Below, piece after piece: positions 12,245 through 22,219 of a DNA stretch of 64,000 nt. Origin of the DNA: an uncultured Candidatus Binatia bacterium (lineage in GTDB: Bacteria > Desulfobacterota > Binatia > Bin18); the NCBI GenBank assembly GCA_965200965.1, contig OZ241744.1:1920001-1984000 (forward strand), in the 5' to 3' direction. Numbering within the stretch: the first letter of the stretch is position 1; each line of letters opens with the position of its first letter. The notes under the pieces were generated by a model that made no database searches, was not told the DNA's origin, and saw only the letters and a list, made by a program, of their open reading frames with translations. Made by a program: the position numbers and the translations under genes.

Positions 12245-12949
12245 ATGCATAGGGATCGAACACCCTGGAGACGGCGGCTGAAACGCCTTGGATTCGGTCT
12301 CGGGCTGCTAGGCGTGGTGTTCCTGCCTCAGCCGAGTCGGGCCGAAGAGAACTTGCTCGGCCGCTACGACTCCATCCCCGGCTCCTACAATTTCGTTCGG
12401 CGCGCCCCTCAGGGGGCACGGCCGGATTCGGTCAGACTGACCGTCTTTGAGGACTTCCTGTGCGCGGCCTACTACCAGGCGGCTACCCATCTCATCCCCA
12501 AGCTCCAAAAAAAATACGGCACCCGTTTGCGGGTCAAGTTCCTCGGCTACCCGCTTGTCGATCAAAAGTCCTCTATCCCGGCCCGCGCCTACGCCTTGGC
12601 CGACGAGTTTGGTCTCCGCCAGGAAATGCAACAGGCGCTCTTCCAGGTCCAGTTTGAAGAGAGGCTCGACATCACCAGTCGGGACGGGCTGGCCCGAGTA
12701 GCGGACAGGATCGGGCTTGATCCAGAGTTGCTGCTGAACCGCTTGGCGGACGAAGACGGCAAGGCTGAGGTCGCCCGCATTGTGGCCTTGGGACGCCGCT
12801 ACCAGATCGATTCCGTACCGGGTTTTATTCTTGACGGCTGGATCCGGGTCAAGACCGTTTCCCAGACCAACCTTGAAACCATTATCGACGGCCTCCTGGA
12901 ACGGAAGCTCAATCATGGCGGCTCGCCCTCCCCTTCTCCGGGGAGGTGA
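12245..12949 (+). CDS. DsbA/thioredoxin-fold exported protein with CxxY instead of CxxC
   Basis: Hydrophobic N-terminus, VFEDFLCAAYY at the CxxC position, SVPGFILDG cis-Pro loop; start uncertain. Confidence 0.7.
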   Translation: MHRDRTPWRRRLKRLGFGLGLLGVVFLPQPSRAEENLLGRYDSIPGSYNFVRRAPQGARPDSVRLTVFEDFLCAAYYQAATHLIPKLQKKYGTRLRVKFLGYPLVDQKSSIPARAYALADEFGLRQEMQQALFQVQFEERLDITSRDGLARVADRIGLDPELLLNRLADEDGKAEVARIVALGRRYQIDSVPGFILDGWIRVKTVSQTNLETIIDGLLERKLNHGGSPSPSPGR

Positions 12950-13097
12950 AAAAAGCCTCTGATGGGATCATTGACCTTTGCCCTTGTTTTCTGTCATAGA
13001 GGCAGTATGGAGAGGATAAGGTTATGGAACGTGGTCCACCCTATGGCCCTGTCTCAACATCGTATCGTCGTAACAACCCCACGAAGGAGGGAACCCC

Positions 13098-14462
13098 ATG
13101 AGACTGAAGAAACTCTTTGGAACCGTCTGCGCGGCGCTGGCCATCGGCGCGCTCAGCCTGGCGGCCCCAGCCAACGCGGCCTATGAGGACTGTAATCTCG
13201 TCAAATGTATCGGGCCTGAGCACGAGCCTACGGGAGAGGTTTTCACCAAAGACAATATGGCGGAAGCCGGTGAGTTGCTCATCCCCGGCGTTCAGTGGTA
13301 CGTCCAGCAGGGTATGGAGATCAAGGTCATCAAGACGATCAAGATCCCCCTGCCCAAGCTGTTCCAGGAAGCGACCGAGAAATACTCCGGCCAAGTCGAG
13401 ATCTCGCCGGACGGCCGCGAGATGTTCAACTATGTGGCCGGGGTACCTTTTCCCAACATTGACCCCAACGATCCGCTGGCCGGGGCCAAGCTCATGTGGA
13501 ACCAGGAGCAGAAACCCCAGTATGTGGACAATGTCGGGACCGAATGGATCACTGAGCTGGTCAACAACAAGGGGGAACTGGAGCGGACCTATGGCTCGCA
13601 GTTCTGGCGGCGCATGATGTGGACAGGCCGCCTGTACACCGATCCGAAGCCGGTCATACCCAATAACCCGCCGCTGCGCTACACTGAGCAGTTCGGGCCG
13701 CTGTTCATCCCCAACGACCTCAAGGGCGCGGGCGTACTGAATAACCGCTATCTGGGCATGGATGTGCCGGATGACTCCTATATGTACCTGCCGGAACTCC
13801 GCCGGGTGCGGCGGATCAGCGTGGCCAACCGGAGTGACGCCTTCTGGGGGACCGATATGGACTTGGACTCGCTGTGGGGCTTCAACTCCAAGCACTCCTA
13901 CTGGACCTTCCGGCTGCTGGCTGAAAAAGACATCCTGGCCCCGGTTCACATTGGACTGTACGGCACCCGCAATGTGTGGTGCGCCGAGCCGGACGGCACG
14001 AGCGGCACAATGGCCTTCATCCCCTGCAATATACCGTGGGAGCGGCGGGCCGTGTATGTGGTTGAAGGGATTCCATCGGCCTACAGCCAGTACGCCTACT
14101 CCAAGCGCATCATGTACATCGACAAAGACTTCTGGGGCATGAGTTTTGCCGAGATGTATGACCAGGGCGGCGAACTGTGGAAGTTCTGGTTCAACATGTT
14201 CAACTATGTCTCCACGCCGTATGAGGGCTATCCGGCCAACAAGCTGGAAGGTGCCGCGTATAACTACGAAGATGTGTGGGCCTTCACACCACACGGTCAA
14301 GGCTCTGACCTCCAGTTGGCGCACGCGACCAAGTGGGACGCACCGTCCGGCTACTCCCGCTCGGCCAGTGAGTGGACCCAGGAGTGGTACTTCAACGAGC
14401 AAACCCCGATTAACACCCCAGAGGCGTTCTCGGTGAACTTCCTGATCCGCAGCGCTCGCTAA
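13098..14462 (+). CDS. DUF1329 family periplasmic (LolA-like fold) protein
   Basis: Signal peptide, AAGGAGG SD, YVAGVPFPNIDPNDPLAGAKLMWN, YLPELRRVRR, YSKRIMYIDKD, YDQGGELWK. Confidence 0.85.
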   Translation: MRLKKLFGTVCAALAIGALSLAAPANAAYEDCNLVKCIGPEHEPTGEVFTKDNMAEAGELLIPGVQWYVQQGMEIKVIKTIKIPLPKLFQEATEKYSGQVEISPDGREMFNYVAGVPFPNIDPNDPLAGAKLMWNQEQKPQYVDNVGTEWITELVNNKGELERTYGSQFWRRMMWTGRLYTDPKPVIPNNPPLRYTEQFGPLFIPNDLKGAGVLNNRYLGMDVPDDSYMYLPELRRVRRISVANRSDAFWGTDMDLDSLWGFNSKHSYWTFRLLAEKDILAPVHIGLYGTRNVWCAEPDGTSGTMAFIPCNIPWERRAVYVVEGIPSAYSQYAYSKRIMYIDKDFWGMSFAEMYDQGGELWKFWFNMFNYVSTPYEGYPANKLEGAAYNYEDVWAFTPHGQGSDLQLAHATKWDAPSGYSRSASEWTQEWYFNEQTPINTPEAFSVNFLIRSAR

Positions 14463-14472
14463 AGATCAGCCC

Positions 14473-14556
14473 TGAGTGGGGCACTTCGGTGCCTCACTCA
14501 CCCCTGTGTGACAGGGAGGCAGGAGGATTACTGCCTTTCCCCCTCTCCATTTTTTT
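14473..14556 (+). terminator. Tandem hairpins / intrinsic terminator after the DUF1329 gene
   Basis: 12-bp stem TGAGTGGGGCAC/GTGCCTCACTCA with a cUUCGg loop, then AGGCAG..CTGCCT and a T-run. Confidence 0.6.
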
Positions 14557-14597
14557 GCTACACAACCCCCACACCTTTCAGACAAAGAGAGGGACCT

Positions 14598-14951
14598 ATG
14601 GCAGAAGAACACCAGGTTGCAGAAGACGAATCACTGGCCAAGCTCGCGTGGGGCTATGTCGGCGTCGGCGTTTTATGGTTGGCGCTGATCCTGTCCGGTA
14701 TCGCCTTTGAGCGTTTAGGACTCACCTCGCCTCTCTTCTCTGGGATTCTGCCCGGAGAGGTCGGCAGCCTCCGTCAGCAAAACGCCGAATTCGATCAGAA
14801 CCTCAAAAGCGTCACCCAGGAACGGGACGTACTCAGCCGACGTGCCGACACATTCAAGCGGCAGCTTGAGCAGGCCGAGAACAAAGTCGCCGACCTGCAA
14901 GCCCAGCTTGACCAGTTCAAGGCCGCCCCTCCGCCCTCCGGCTCCGAATGA
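14598..14951 (+). CDS. Hypothetical single-TM coiled-coil protein
   Basis: GAGGGA SD, hydrophobic helix followed by a heptad-rich tail. Confidence 0.7.
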   Translation: MAEEHQVAEDESLAKLAWGYVGVGVLWLALILSGIAFERLGLTSPLFSGILPGEVGSLRQQNAEFDQNLKSVTQERDVLSRRADTFKRQLEQAENKVADLQAQLDQFKAAPPPSGSE

Positions 14952-14990
14952 GGAAGCAAGCGCAGCACCAGACGCGCGGATGAAGGCCGT

Positions 14991-15950
14991 ATGATCGAAG
15001 TCCACAAGGTCACCAAATACTACGGTCAGGTCCGGGCTCTCCACAAGGTTTCCTTCAATGTCCGGGAAGGAGAGATCGTCGGCTTGCTCGGCCCCAACGG
15101 CTCGGGCAAAACCACGCTCATGCGTATCCTGACCGGCTTCTTCCCGCCGACCGAGGGCCGGGTGGTAGTGGCCGGCCACGATGTCGAAACCGCGTCTTTG
15201 GAGATGCGCCGCAAGCTCGGCTATTTGGCCGAAAATGTCGTGCTGTATCCAGATATGACGGTCCGCGCTTTTCTGGGCTTCTGCGTGCGGGTGAAAACGG
15301 CCACCGGGGCGGAACGACACACACAGGTCAAGCGCGTGCTTGACCTGTGTGGCCTCAGCCATATGGCCCGCCGCCACATCGGCACCCTGTCCAAGGGCTA
15401 TCGCCAGCGAGTCGGTCTCGCCCAAGCCCTGCTGTGTGAGCCCCAGGTCTTGATTCTCGACGAACCCACGATTGGTCTTGACCCACACCAGTTGATCGAT
15501 ATGCGGGAGTTGATTAAGAGCCTGGGCGGAAAAACGACGGTGTTGTTATCGAGCCACATTCTGGCCGAGGTTGCCCAGGTGTGTCACCGTGTCGTCATTA
15601 TCGACAAAGGCCAAATCCTGGCCGAGGATACTCCGGCGGGACTCAGCCAACGCCTGCAATCCGCCACCCAGACGAGGATGCGGATTGCCGGCCCGGTCAA
15701 GGAGATTCAAAACGCGCTGAAAGCCCTCCCCGGAGTGAGTGAGGTCATCCTCCAGGACGCCGCCGAAGAGCAGGATGAACAGCCGGGCCAGATCTTTCTT
15801 GTCCACTCACAAGACCGCACGCTCAGCCACCAACTCGCCGAACTGGTGGTCAACCGAGGCTGGTCCCTGCATGAGCTCAACCCGCTCACCGCCGGCTTGG
15901 AGGAGCTCTTTGTACGCCTGACAAAAGAGGAACACCGTCCAGCGGCCTAG
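14991..15950 (+). CDS. ABC transporter ATP-binding protein (GldA-like)
   Basis: GPNGSGKT, LSKGYRQRVGLAQAL, ILDEPT, SSH. Confidence 0.93.
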   Translation: MIEVHKVTKYYGQVRALHKVSFNVREGEIVGLLGPNGSGKTTLMRILTGFFPPTEGRVVVAGHDVETASLEMRRKLGYLAENVVLYPDMTVRAFLGFCVRVKTATGAERHTQVKRVLDLCGLSHMARRHIGTLSKGYRQRVGLAQALLCEPQVLILDEPTIGLDPHQLIDMRELIKSLGGKTTVLLSSHILAEVAQVCHRVVIIDKGQILAEDTPAGLSQRLQSATQTRMRIAGPVKEIQNALKALPGVSEVILQDAAEEQDEQPGQIFLVHSQDRTLSHQLAELVVNRGWSLHELNPLTAGLEELFVRLTKEEHRPAA

Positions 15951-16002
15951 CCGGCCGGCCCCCCGACCGGCTCAGAATGGATGCCTCTGTAGGAGATGGA
16001 AA

Positions 16003-16770
16003 ATGGGACAGGCAGGCACATTCCTGATCAATTTTCGGGCCATCGTCGCCAAAGAGCTTCGCTCGTACTTTCTGTCGCCGTTCATCTATCTTGTCACCGC
16101 AGTCTTTCTGCTGGTCAGCGGCTATTATTTTTATACCGACCTCATCTTCTATGTGCAGTTCGGTTTTGGCCTCAACATCATTGAAAATTTTTGGCAACTC
16201 CTTTTTACCGATATCCGCCTGATGCTGCTGCTGGCTGTTCCGTTCTTGACCATGCGGTTGTTTGCCGAAGAAAAGCGACTGGGAACGATTGAGCTGCTGC
16301 TGACCTATCCGATGCGGGACGCTGAGCTGTATCTGGGCAAGTTTGTTGCCTGTAGCCTCGCCACCCTGTTTATGCTGTCCTTTACCGTGGTCTATCCCGT
16401 TCTGGTCTACTGGGTGCAGCCGTTCAACTGGACGCTTGTCCTGGCCGGCTATAGCGGACTGGTGCTCATCGCCCTGGCCTGCATCGCGTGTGGCCTCTTC
16501 ATTTCCTCGCTGACCGATAACCAGGTGGTGGCCGGCTTTGCCGCACTGTGTACGCTGCTGTTCTTCTGGATCCTGAGTTGGAATGAGGGTGCCACCCGCG
16601 AGGGCTTCCTGTACTGGTTGGCCCAAACCTCCATGGTCACCCATTTTCAGGGTTTTGCCCAGGGATTTATCGACAGCAAAGAGGTCACTTTCTTCTTCGC
16701 CTTTGTGCTGTTCTTCAGCTTTTTGACCCTCCGTTCGCTCGAATCCCGCCAGTGGAAGGGACGCCGATGA
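16003..16770 (+). CDS. ABC-2 permease (GldF-like)
   Basis: KELRSYFLSP, TMRLFAEEKRLGTIELLLT, multiple TM helices. Confidence 0.9.
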   Translation: MGQAGTFLINFRAIVAKELRSYFLSPFIYLVTAVFLLVSGYYFYTDLIFYVQFGFGLNIIENFWQLLFTDIRLMLLLAVPFLTMRLFAEEKRLGTIELLLTYPMRDAELYLGKFVACSLATLFMLSFTVVYPVLVYWVQPFNWTLVLAGYSGLVLIALACIACGLFISSLTDNQVVAGFAALCTLLFFWILSWNEGATREGFLYWLAQTSMVTHFQGFAQGFIDSKEVTFFFAFVLFFSFLTLRSLESRQWKGRR

Positions 16771-18131
16771 ACAGCAATCTGCGCAACACGCTCAAGCTCC
16801 TTGTTGGGGCAGTCGGGTTTCTCGCCATGCTGATCGCTATCCAAGCGGTCCTCGTCCACTACAACCGACGGATCGACCTCACCCTGCAACAGAAGTTCAC
16901 CCTCGCCCCCCGCACCCGGCATGTGGTGTCGAACTTGCAGCAAGATGTCCACGCCCTCGCCTTTATCCACCCAGACCGCCCCGAGAATTTCTTTCTGGCC
17001 GATATGCTAGGCCGTATGGACGCCCTGTCACCGCACTTTCGCTACACGATCGTCGATATGAACCGCAGCCCGGCTACGGCCCAGCAGTACAACGCCCGCC
17101 GCTACGGCACAATTGTGTTTGAATCAGCCGGTCGCAGCCGCCACTCTTCCCTGCACTCCGGTGAGAACGACGTTGTCGCCGCCCTCTTGCACGTCACCCG
17201 CAGCGCAGAAAAAATGATCTATTTTACAACCGGTCATGGTGAAGGCGACCTCAGTGACCCCCAGCCGGAGGACGGCTACACCAAGCTCCGGGGCGCTATG
17301 GCGGACGAGTTTTACGTCGCCAAACAGATCTCGCTGGCCGATACCGGCGGTGTACCGGACGACGCCGAGGTGGTCGTCTTGCTCGGTCCCAAAGATCCGT
17401 TCATGCCCTTTGAACTGCAAGCCCTGGAGGCCTTTCTGAAACGGGGGGGGGCGCTGTTTGTCATGATCGATCCCAACAGCGCGTCAAATCTCGCCTCTTT
17501 TCTGGAGCAATACGGGGTGCATCTGCTGGATTATATCGCTGTTGATCCCTCAAAACGGATCTATGCCGGAGAATCCATCACCTTTCGCGCCTCACGGACC
17601 GCCACCACCCACGATATGATCAAAGCGGTCAACGCCCCGCCGATCTTTTCCCTGTCTCGGGTCGTTGAAGTGCGCCAGGACCTCGATAAAGGCATCAGAG
17701 CCGCGCCTATTCTGGCCACCTCCGGCTCTGGCTTCGGCAGCGCCGAGCAGCGTATCTCCGCCCGGCAAGAGCTTCAGCTTGTTGCCGGGCGTGACCTGCG
17801 CGGCCCTGTCCCGATCGCCGGGGAAGTCCTTGTGAGCAACGCCGACGGCAGCACTGGACGGATCGTGGTCTTTGGCGATGTGGATTTTGCCCACAACGGG
17901 CTGCTTGACCAGGGCGGCAACCGCGACCTGTTCATCAACGCTGTCAACTGGCTGGCCGACGACGTTGGTCAGGTCGGTGAACGGGCTGCCAGGCAACCGG
18001 CTGGGGTGAAGCAGTTCTACCTGACCGACCAACAAGGCCGCCGGATTCTTCTTGTGAGCACCGCCATCCTGCCGGGCTTCTTTCTGCTTATCGGCGTCGG
18101 CGTGTTTGTGTGGCGGAGGCAGCGCGGATGA
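16767..18131 (+). CDS. GldG-like ABC auxiliary component
   Basis: RIDLT..FTL, YFTTGHGE, LLGPK, VFGDVDF..GNRDLFINAVNWL, C-terminal TM; ATGA overlap. Confidence 0.88.
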   Translation: MNSNLRNTLKLLVGAVGFLAMLIAIQAVLVHYNRRIDLTLQQKFTLAPRTRHVVSNLQQDVHALAFIHPDRPENFFLADMLGRMDALSPHFRYTIVDMNRSPATAQQYNARRYGTIVFESAGRSRHSSLHSGENDVVAALLHVTRSAEKMIYFTTGHGEGDLSDPQPEDGYTKLRGAMADEFYVAKQISLADTGGVPDDAEVVVLLGPKDPFMPFELQALEAFLKRGGALFVMIDPNSASNLASFLEQYGVHLLDYIAVDPSKRIYAGESITFRASRTATTHDMIKAVNAPPIFSLSRVVEVRQDLDKGIRAAPILATSGSGFGSAEQRISARQELQLVAGRDLRGPVPIAGEVLVSNADGSTGRIVVFGDVDFAHNGLLDQGGNRDLFINAVNWLADDVGQVGERAARQPAGVKQFYLTDQQGRRILLVSTAILPGFFLLIGVGVFVWRRQRG

Positions 18132-18688
18132 GCTGGCGTCGCATCGGCCTGTATTACGGCTTGGCGGTCATCTTTGGTGCGCACTTCTTTGCTTTTGTGT
18201 GGGACCCGGCCGGTGAAGGACCCCGCATAGGAGAGGCCTACGCGCCGGCCCAGAGCCGTTTTCTCCCCTTTTCACGCGAGTCCGTCCAAGAGCTTGAATT
18301 GCACCGCGACGGACAAGTGATCCGGTGCCGGCTCGACAGAGACACTTGGCGGGTAATCGAACCCGAGGGAGGGAACGCTACCTCATCGCTGGTGACGAGC
18401 CTGATTGAAAACCTGACCCTGGAACAGGAGACCCGGGTAGTGCAGGAAGCGGCCGATGATCTGGCCGCCTACGGTCTCAAGCCGCCGCACGCCACGATTG
18501 TACTCAAGGGCAGGACCGAGGCTGATTTAGCCACCGTTTTTATTGGTGGCCGCAACCCCACCTCAACCGCGGTATACGCCAGCAAAGAGGGTTCTTCTGA
18601 GGTCGTGCTGTTAGGCTATAGCGCGTTCTACTATGAAGAACTGCTGTTTGAGGCAGCCACCGGCTCCACCGCCGGCACAACACAGTGA
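18128..18688 (+). CDS. DUF4340-like protein
   Basis: N-terminal TM, DLAAYGLKPP, IGGRNPT; typical position after GldG. Confidence 0.75.
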   Translation: MSWRRIGLYYGLAVIFGAHFFAFVWDPAGEGPRIGEAYAPAQSRFLPFSRESVQELELHRDGQVIRCRLDRDTWRVIEPEGGNATSSLVTSLIENLTLEQETRVVQEAADDLAAYGLKPPHATIVLKGRTEADLATVFIGGRNPTSTAVYASKEGSSEVVLLGYSAFYYEELLFEAATGSTAGTTQ

Positions 18689-18805
18689 ACGATGATGACC
18701 TTTTCTCTCAAGATGATCTCATCGTTCACTGTGGGCAGCCCCGAGCCGGCGCAGGACACAGGAGAGGCACCGGCCCTTGAGCAGGGCTGAGCCTTGCCAG
18801 CGTCC

Positions 18806-19357
18806 ATGTCGCCCCTCTGCAAAAAATTGGGCTTCGTCATGGCGGCGTGGTGTGGCCTAGCGCTCAGCGCTTGCCCGTCGTCCCGGGAGCCCAGCGTTCA
18901 CGACGACATCAAACAGTATCTGGAAAAGAAGCACGACTGGCTGCCGACCGAGAACCAGGTGAATGCAGCCATAGAGATCGTCCGTCGCGATCACTTTGTC
19001 CACGACGATCTGACGGTCAACGTCCTGACGCCATTCATTGGCCTCAGTCAGGACTATATTCGAGAGCTTGAGGCCTACCAGCCCCGCACTCCTCCGGTCT
19101 CCACCATTCACCAGCAGTACATTGAGGGCTGGCGGGCGTATCAGTTTGCCATTGCCGCCGCGGTTGACGCCGCCGAGCGTCAGGACTATGGGCAGCTTTC
19201 CAGCGCCAACGCCGATCTTTTCCGGGCTCAGCAACTGGTCATGAACACCAGCGCCAACCTCAACCACCTGGCCGAACGGACCGGAATCAGTCCGCCCGAC
19301 CCGCCTGAGCAGGCACAGGACACGCCGCCAACAGCCGGCGAAGTCGTGATCAAATAG
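18806..19357 (+). CDS. Hypothetical lipoprotein
   Basis: Lipobox LSAC after a hydrophobic stretch; helical body; start uncertain. Confidence 0.6.
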   Translation: MSPLCKKLGFVMAAWCGLALSACPSSREPSVHDDIKQYLEKKHDWLPTENQVNAAIEIVRRDHFVHDDLTVNVLTPFIGLSQDYIRELEAYQPRTPPVSTIHQQYIEGWRAYQFAIAAAVDAAERQDYGQLSSANADLFRAQQLVMNTSANLNHLAERTGISPPDPPEQAQDTPPTAGEVVIK

Positions 19358-19471
19358 CGTTGGAGCCATGTTGGAACCATGACAGAAGTCCCCGCCATTG
19401 TCGGAACCGGAGTTGCTATCCGCCTGTATTTACCCCAATTTTCTGCCGTGTGGAAAGAGCGTCCTGGAAAC

Positions 19472-19500
19472 TTGCACAAGCAGGCGCTTTTCGGTATAAG
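19472..19500 (+). promoter_or_regulatory. Sigma70-like promoter of the DUF1302 gene
   Basis: TTGCAC-17 nt-TATAAG. Confidence 0.55.
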
Positions 19501-19628
19501 GCCAGAACGCAGACCGAAGAGAGGGCATCCGAAGGGAGAGAAAGGAGGTTTGTCACCACAGGAGGAACATGCGCAAGAGGAAGAGGATGGAACAAGAACA
19601 GGAGAGACCGCATCAAGGAGGGCATAGA

Positions 19629-22043
19629 ATGAGAAGGGCAAAAACACTGGGACGACGCATCGTCCTGGGTGCAGTGGTAGGCGTGCTTGGACTGCTTACC
19701 TGGGGGACGGACGCCTGGGCTTCGATCCGCTTGGCCCCGGATATCGAATTGCAGACCTGGTACCGCATGCGTCACAGTTTCCAGACCGACTCTGACCATT
19801 TTGACTGGGTGCAGTGGCGGAACGAAGGCTTTGTCTGGCTGACCTACGACAACTTCTATCGGCGGGGCAAGCTGTTCAACAAGTTCGAGATTCCGGTGCC
19901 GCTGGTTGAGACCGCCTCGGTCAGCGCCCGCTGGCGTTCGCGGGTTGACCCGGTGTATGTGATTCGTGACCACTACAAGGACCTGTACGACGAAGAGCAC
20001 ACCCAGAACTTTCTGGTGCCAGAGAACGGCTTTCGGGACCTGTACCTCGACATTGACCACGGCTATATCGGCCCAGGCAAGCTGTACACCCGCTGGGGCT
20101 ATCAGCAGGTGGTGTGGGGCGAGTCTGACCTGTTCCGCTCCATTGATATTGTCAACCCGCTGCGGATTGACCAGAACTTTGGCGTGGGCGAGAAGTTTGA
20201 CGAGTTCCGCAGCCCGATTCTGGCCCTCAAGGCCCTGTACGATATCGGCAACATCGGCACCTGGATCTCGGGTGCCGGTCTTGAAGCCTTCTATACCCCC
20301 AGATACCGCACCGGCACGACCGACCTGCTGCTCGAAGATGGCTGGCGGCTTCAGTATCAGGCACGCGGCTGTGAAAAGGACGGGGTGTATTACGACTGGT
20401 CCATCGCCGATTGCGGGACAACAGGTTCAGATAACACCATCCGCATACTGCCCTACCGGCCGGCCTGGCTCGGCAGCCGGCGCTCTGACCATCCCTGGTC
20501 GCTCAATATCACCGGCAACAACGCCAGAACCGACTCGGCTGACTTCATCTGTCATTTCAGCCCCAGTTCCCTGCCCCACCATGCTGGCGATATGAGCCGA
20601 CGCTGCGCCCCCGATGTGCCAGGCGACCGGATCACTGCCATCGTCAACCTGCCCAAAGGCAACGCGCACCACCACAGCCGGGGTCACTGGCACTCGGCCG
20701 GCGTTCGCTTTATCGGCAGCACCTGGTTCAACCTCGACTTCTCCCTCAACTACATGTACATCCCCTACACCTTTGCCAACGGCAACACCGTCGGCGACTT
20801 CAGCAATTATGGGGATGGCTATGTGCCGCAGCTGATGTGGAATGAAGACAACATGGTCGTAGAAGAACAGAACTTCTACGAGGGGAATTTCCAAGAGGGC
20901 CTGCTCCGCTGTCTGTCGGAGAGCGGCAAACAGGGCGTGGCCCGCACCGGCCGGACTAGCGGTGGCTTCTTTGGGTCACTGCACGGGACCGACCTCGGCG
21001 GCTATAACTGGGGAGAGCGGAGGCTCGACGAAAACGGCAGAGCGACCGAGGGAGCCAGACAAAAGCACGCTATCAGGCAGAACTACAGCATCTGCACCAA
21101 CGGGTTCAGCCACCAGCGACGCTACTCCAATGTGGCCGGTTTCACCCTGACCTACAACGACTTTGACTACACCGGCGCGGTCTTCCGCGTAGAGCAGAGC
21201 TACAGCACCAAGGAAGCCCTGAACAAACGGGCCGCGGGTGTGACTGAGCCTGGTCAACGCGCTCGGCGCAATGGCCGGATTCTGAACAGCGGCGCGGTGT
21301 GGCGCAGCATGGTCGGTTTTGACCTGATCCAGTCCCTGATGAGTTACCCCGGCATGGGCTGGACCCGCCATCTGCCGGGTCAGTTTGGCGTGCAGCAGTC
21401 CTTCCTGACCGGCCAATGGCTGATGCAGTACAACGCCACCGGCCGTTCAGGCGTAACCGGCAATATGTGTAACTGGAACTTCGCCCAGGGCTTGCTCGGT
21501 TCGGCCGACAGCCTGCCCTACTTCAACCAACATGGGCAGCGGACAGACAACGCCGGGAACCTCATCGTCCAAGGCACAAATGCCGCGGGCGAGGACCAGT
21601 GGTACCGCCTGAACGATGGAGTCGAAGGCAGGGGAGACGGCGGCACATACTCTCGTGCGGACCTCACTCCGGTAGACGAAGCAGACATCACGCGGGCCGA
21701 ATACAACGAGGACAACCCCAGCGACCCACTCAACCCAAAGCGGGATGCGGTGCCCGGGTGTAGCACCAAACGCTGGAACCACCTGTTCACCCTGGGCCTG
21801 GCCGGCAACGGCTACTTCCGGGGCAAGCTGGAAGGCCGCAACGCGGTCGCCTGGGAGCCGCGCGGTTCCCATGTGCTGCTGTTCTCGCAGTGGTGGTGGC
21901 GTGAGTTGAGAGGCATGCCGCTCGACATATCGTTCGGCACGGCCTGGTTCCTGGGCAGCCAGAACAGCAACTCCTGGTCGCTGCTCAACTACTTCGCCAA
22001 CCGCGACCTGGTCTGGTTTGAAGCGACCTACTACCTCCTGTAG
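19629..22043 (+). CDS. DUF1302-like outer-membrane beta-barrel protein
   Basis: AAGGAGG SD, signal peptide, RDLYLD..GYQQVVWGESDLFRSIDIVNP, C-terminal NRDLVWFEATYYLL; adjacent to YCF48 and RND genes. Confidence 0.75.
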   Translation: MRRAKTLGRRIVLGAVVGVLGLLTWGTDAWASIRLAPDIELQTWYRMRHSFQTDSDHFDWVQWRNEGFVWLTYDNFYRRGKLFNKFEIPVPLVETASVSARWRSRVDPVYVIRDHYKDLYDEEHTQNFLVPENGFRDLYLDIDHGYIGPGKLYTRWGYQQVVWGESDLFRSIDIVNPLRIDQNFGVGEKFDEFRSPILALKALYDIGNIGTWISGAGLEAFYTPRYRTGTTDLLLEDGWRLQYQARGCEKDGVYYDWSIADCGTTGSDNTIRILPYRPAWLGSRRSDHPWSLNITGNNARTDSADFICHFSPSSLPHHAGDMSRRCAPDVPGDRITAIVNLPKGNAHHHSRGHWHSAGVRFIGSTWFNLDFSLNYMYIPYTFANGNTVGDFSNYGDGYVPQLMWNEDNMVVEEQNFYEGNFQEGLLRCLSESGKQGVARTGRTSGGFFGSLHGTDLGGYNWGERRLDENGRATEGARQKHAIRQNYSICTNGFSHQRRYSNVAGFTLTYNDFDYTGAVFRVEQSYSTKEALNKRAAGVTEPGQRARRNGRILNSGAVWRSMVGFDLIQSLMSYPGMGWTRHLPGQFGVQQSFLTGQWLMQYNATGRSGVTGNMCNWNFAQGLLGSADSLPYFNQHGQRTDNAGNLIVQGTNAAGEDQWYRLNDGVEGRGDGGTYSRADLTPVDEADITRAEYNEDNPSDPLNPKRDAVPGCSTKRWNHLFTLGLAGNGYFRGKLEGRNAVAWEPRGSHVLLFSQWWWRELRGMPLDISFGTAWFLGSQNSNSWSLLNYFANRDLVWFEATYYLL

Positions 22044-22219
22044 ACCGTCCTCACCCCGGCGGGGGGGCGTCCTGCTCTCCCGCCGTCTCCGCCTTTTTCC
22101 TGCACCGCTTTTCCTTACAGGAACTCTTGACTTTTTTAGAAAATCGCACAAAGGGATGGGGTCATACCGCTCTACCGGGGAGAACCACACTCCGCACCAC
22201 CAAAGGAGGGTAACAGGCG

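Noticed and set aside
13041-14402. Long antisense ORFs (also 23468-25108, 33224-34339, 56456-57583, 62711-63766)
   Set aside because: They mirror well-supported genes on the other strand, lack family motifs, and are expected in GC-rich coding DNA
14991-18688. Gliding motility apparatus
   Set aside because: GldAFG-like ABC systems are widespread in non-gliding bacteria, and no gldKLMN or spr genes are present
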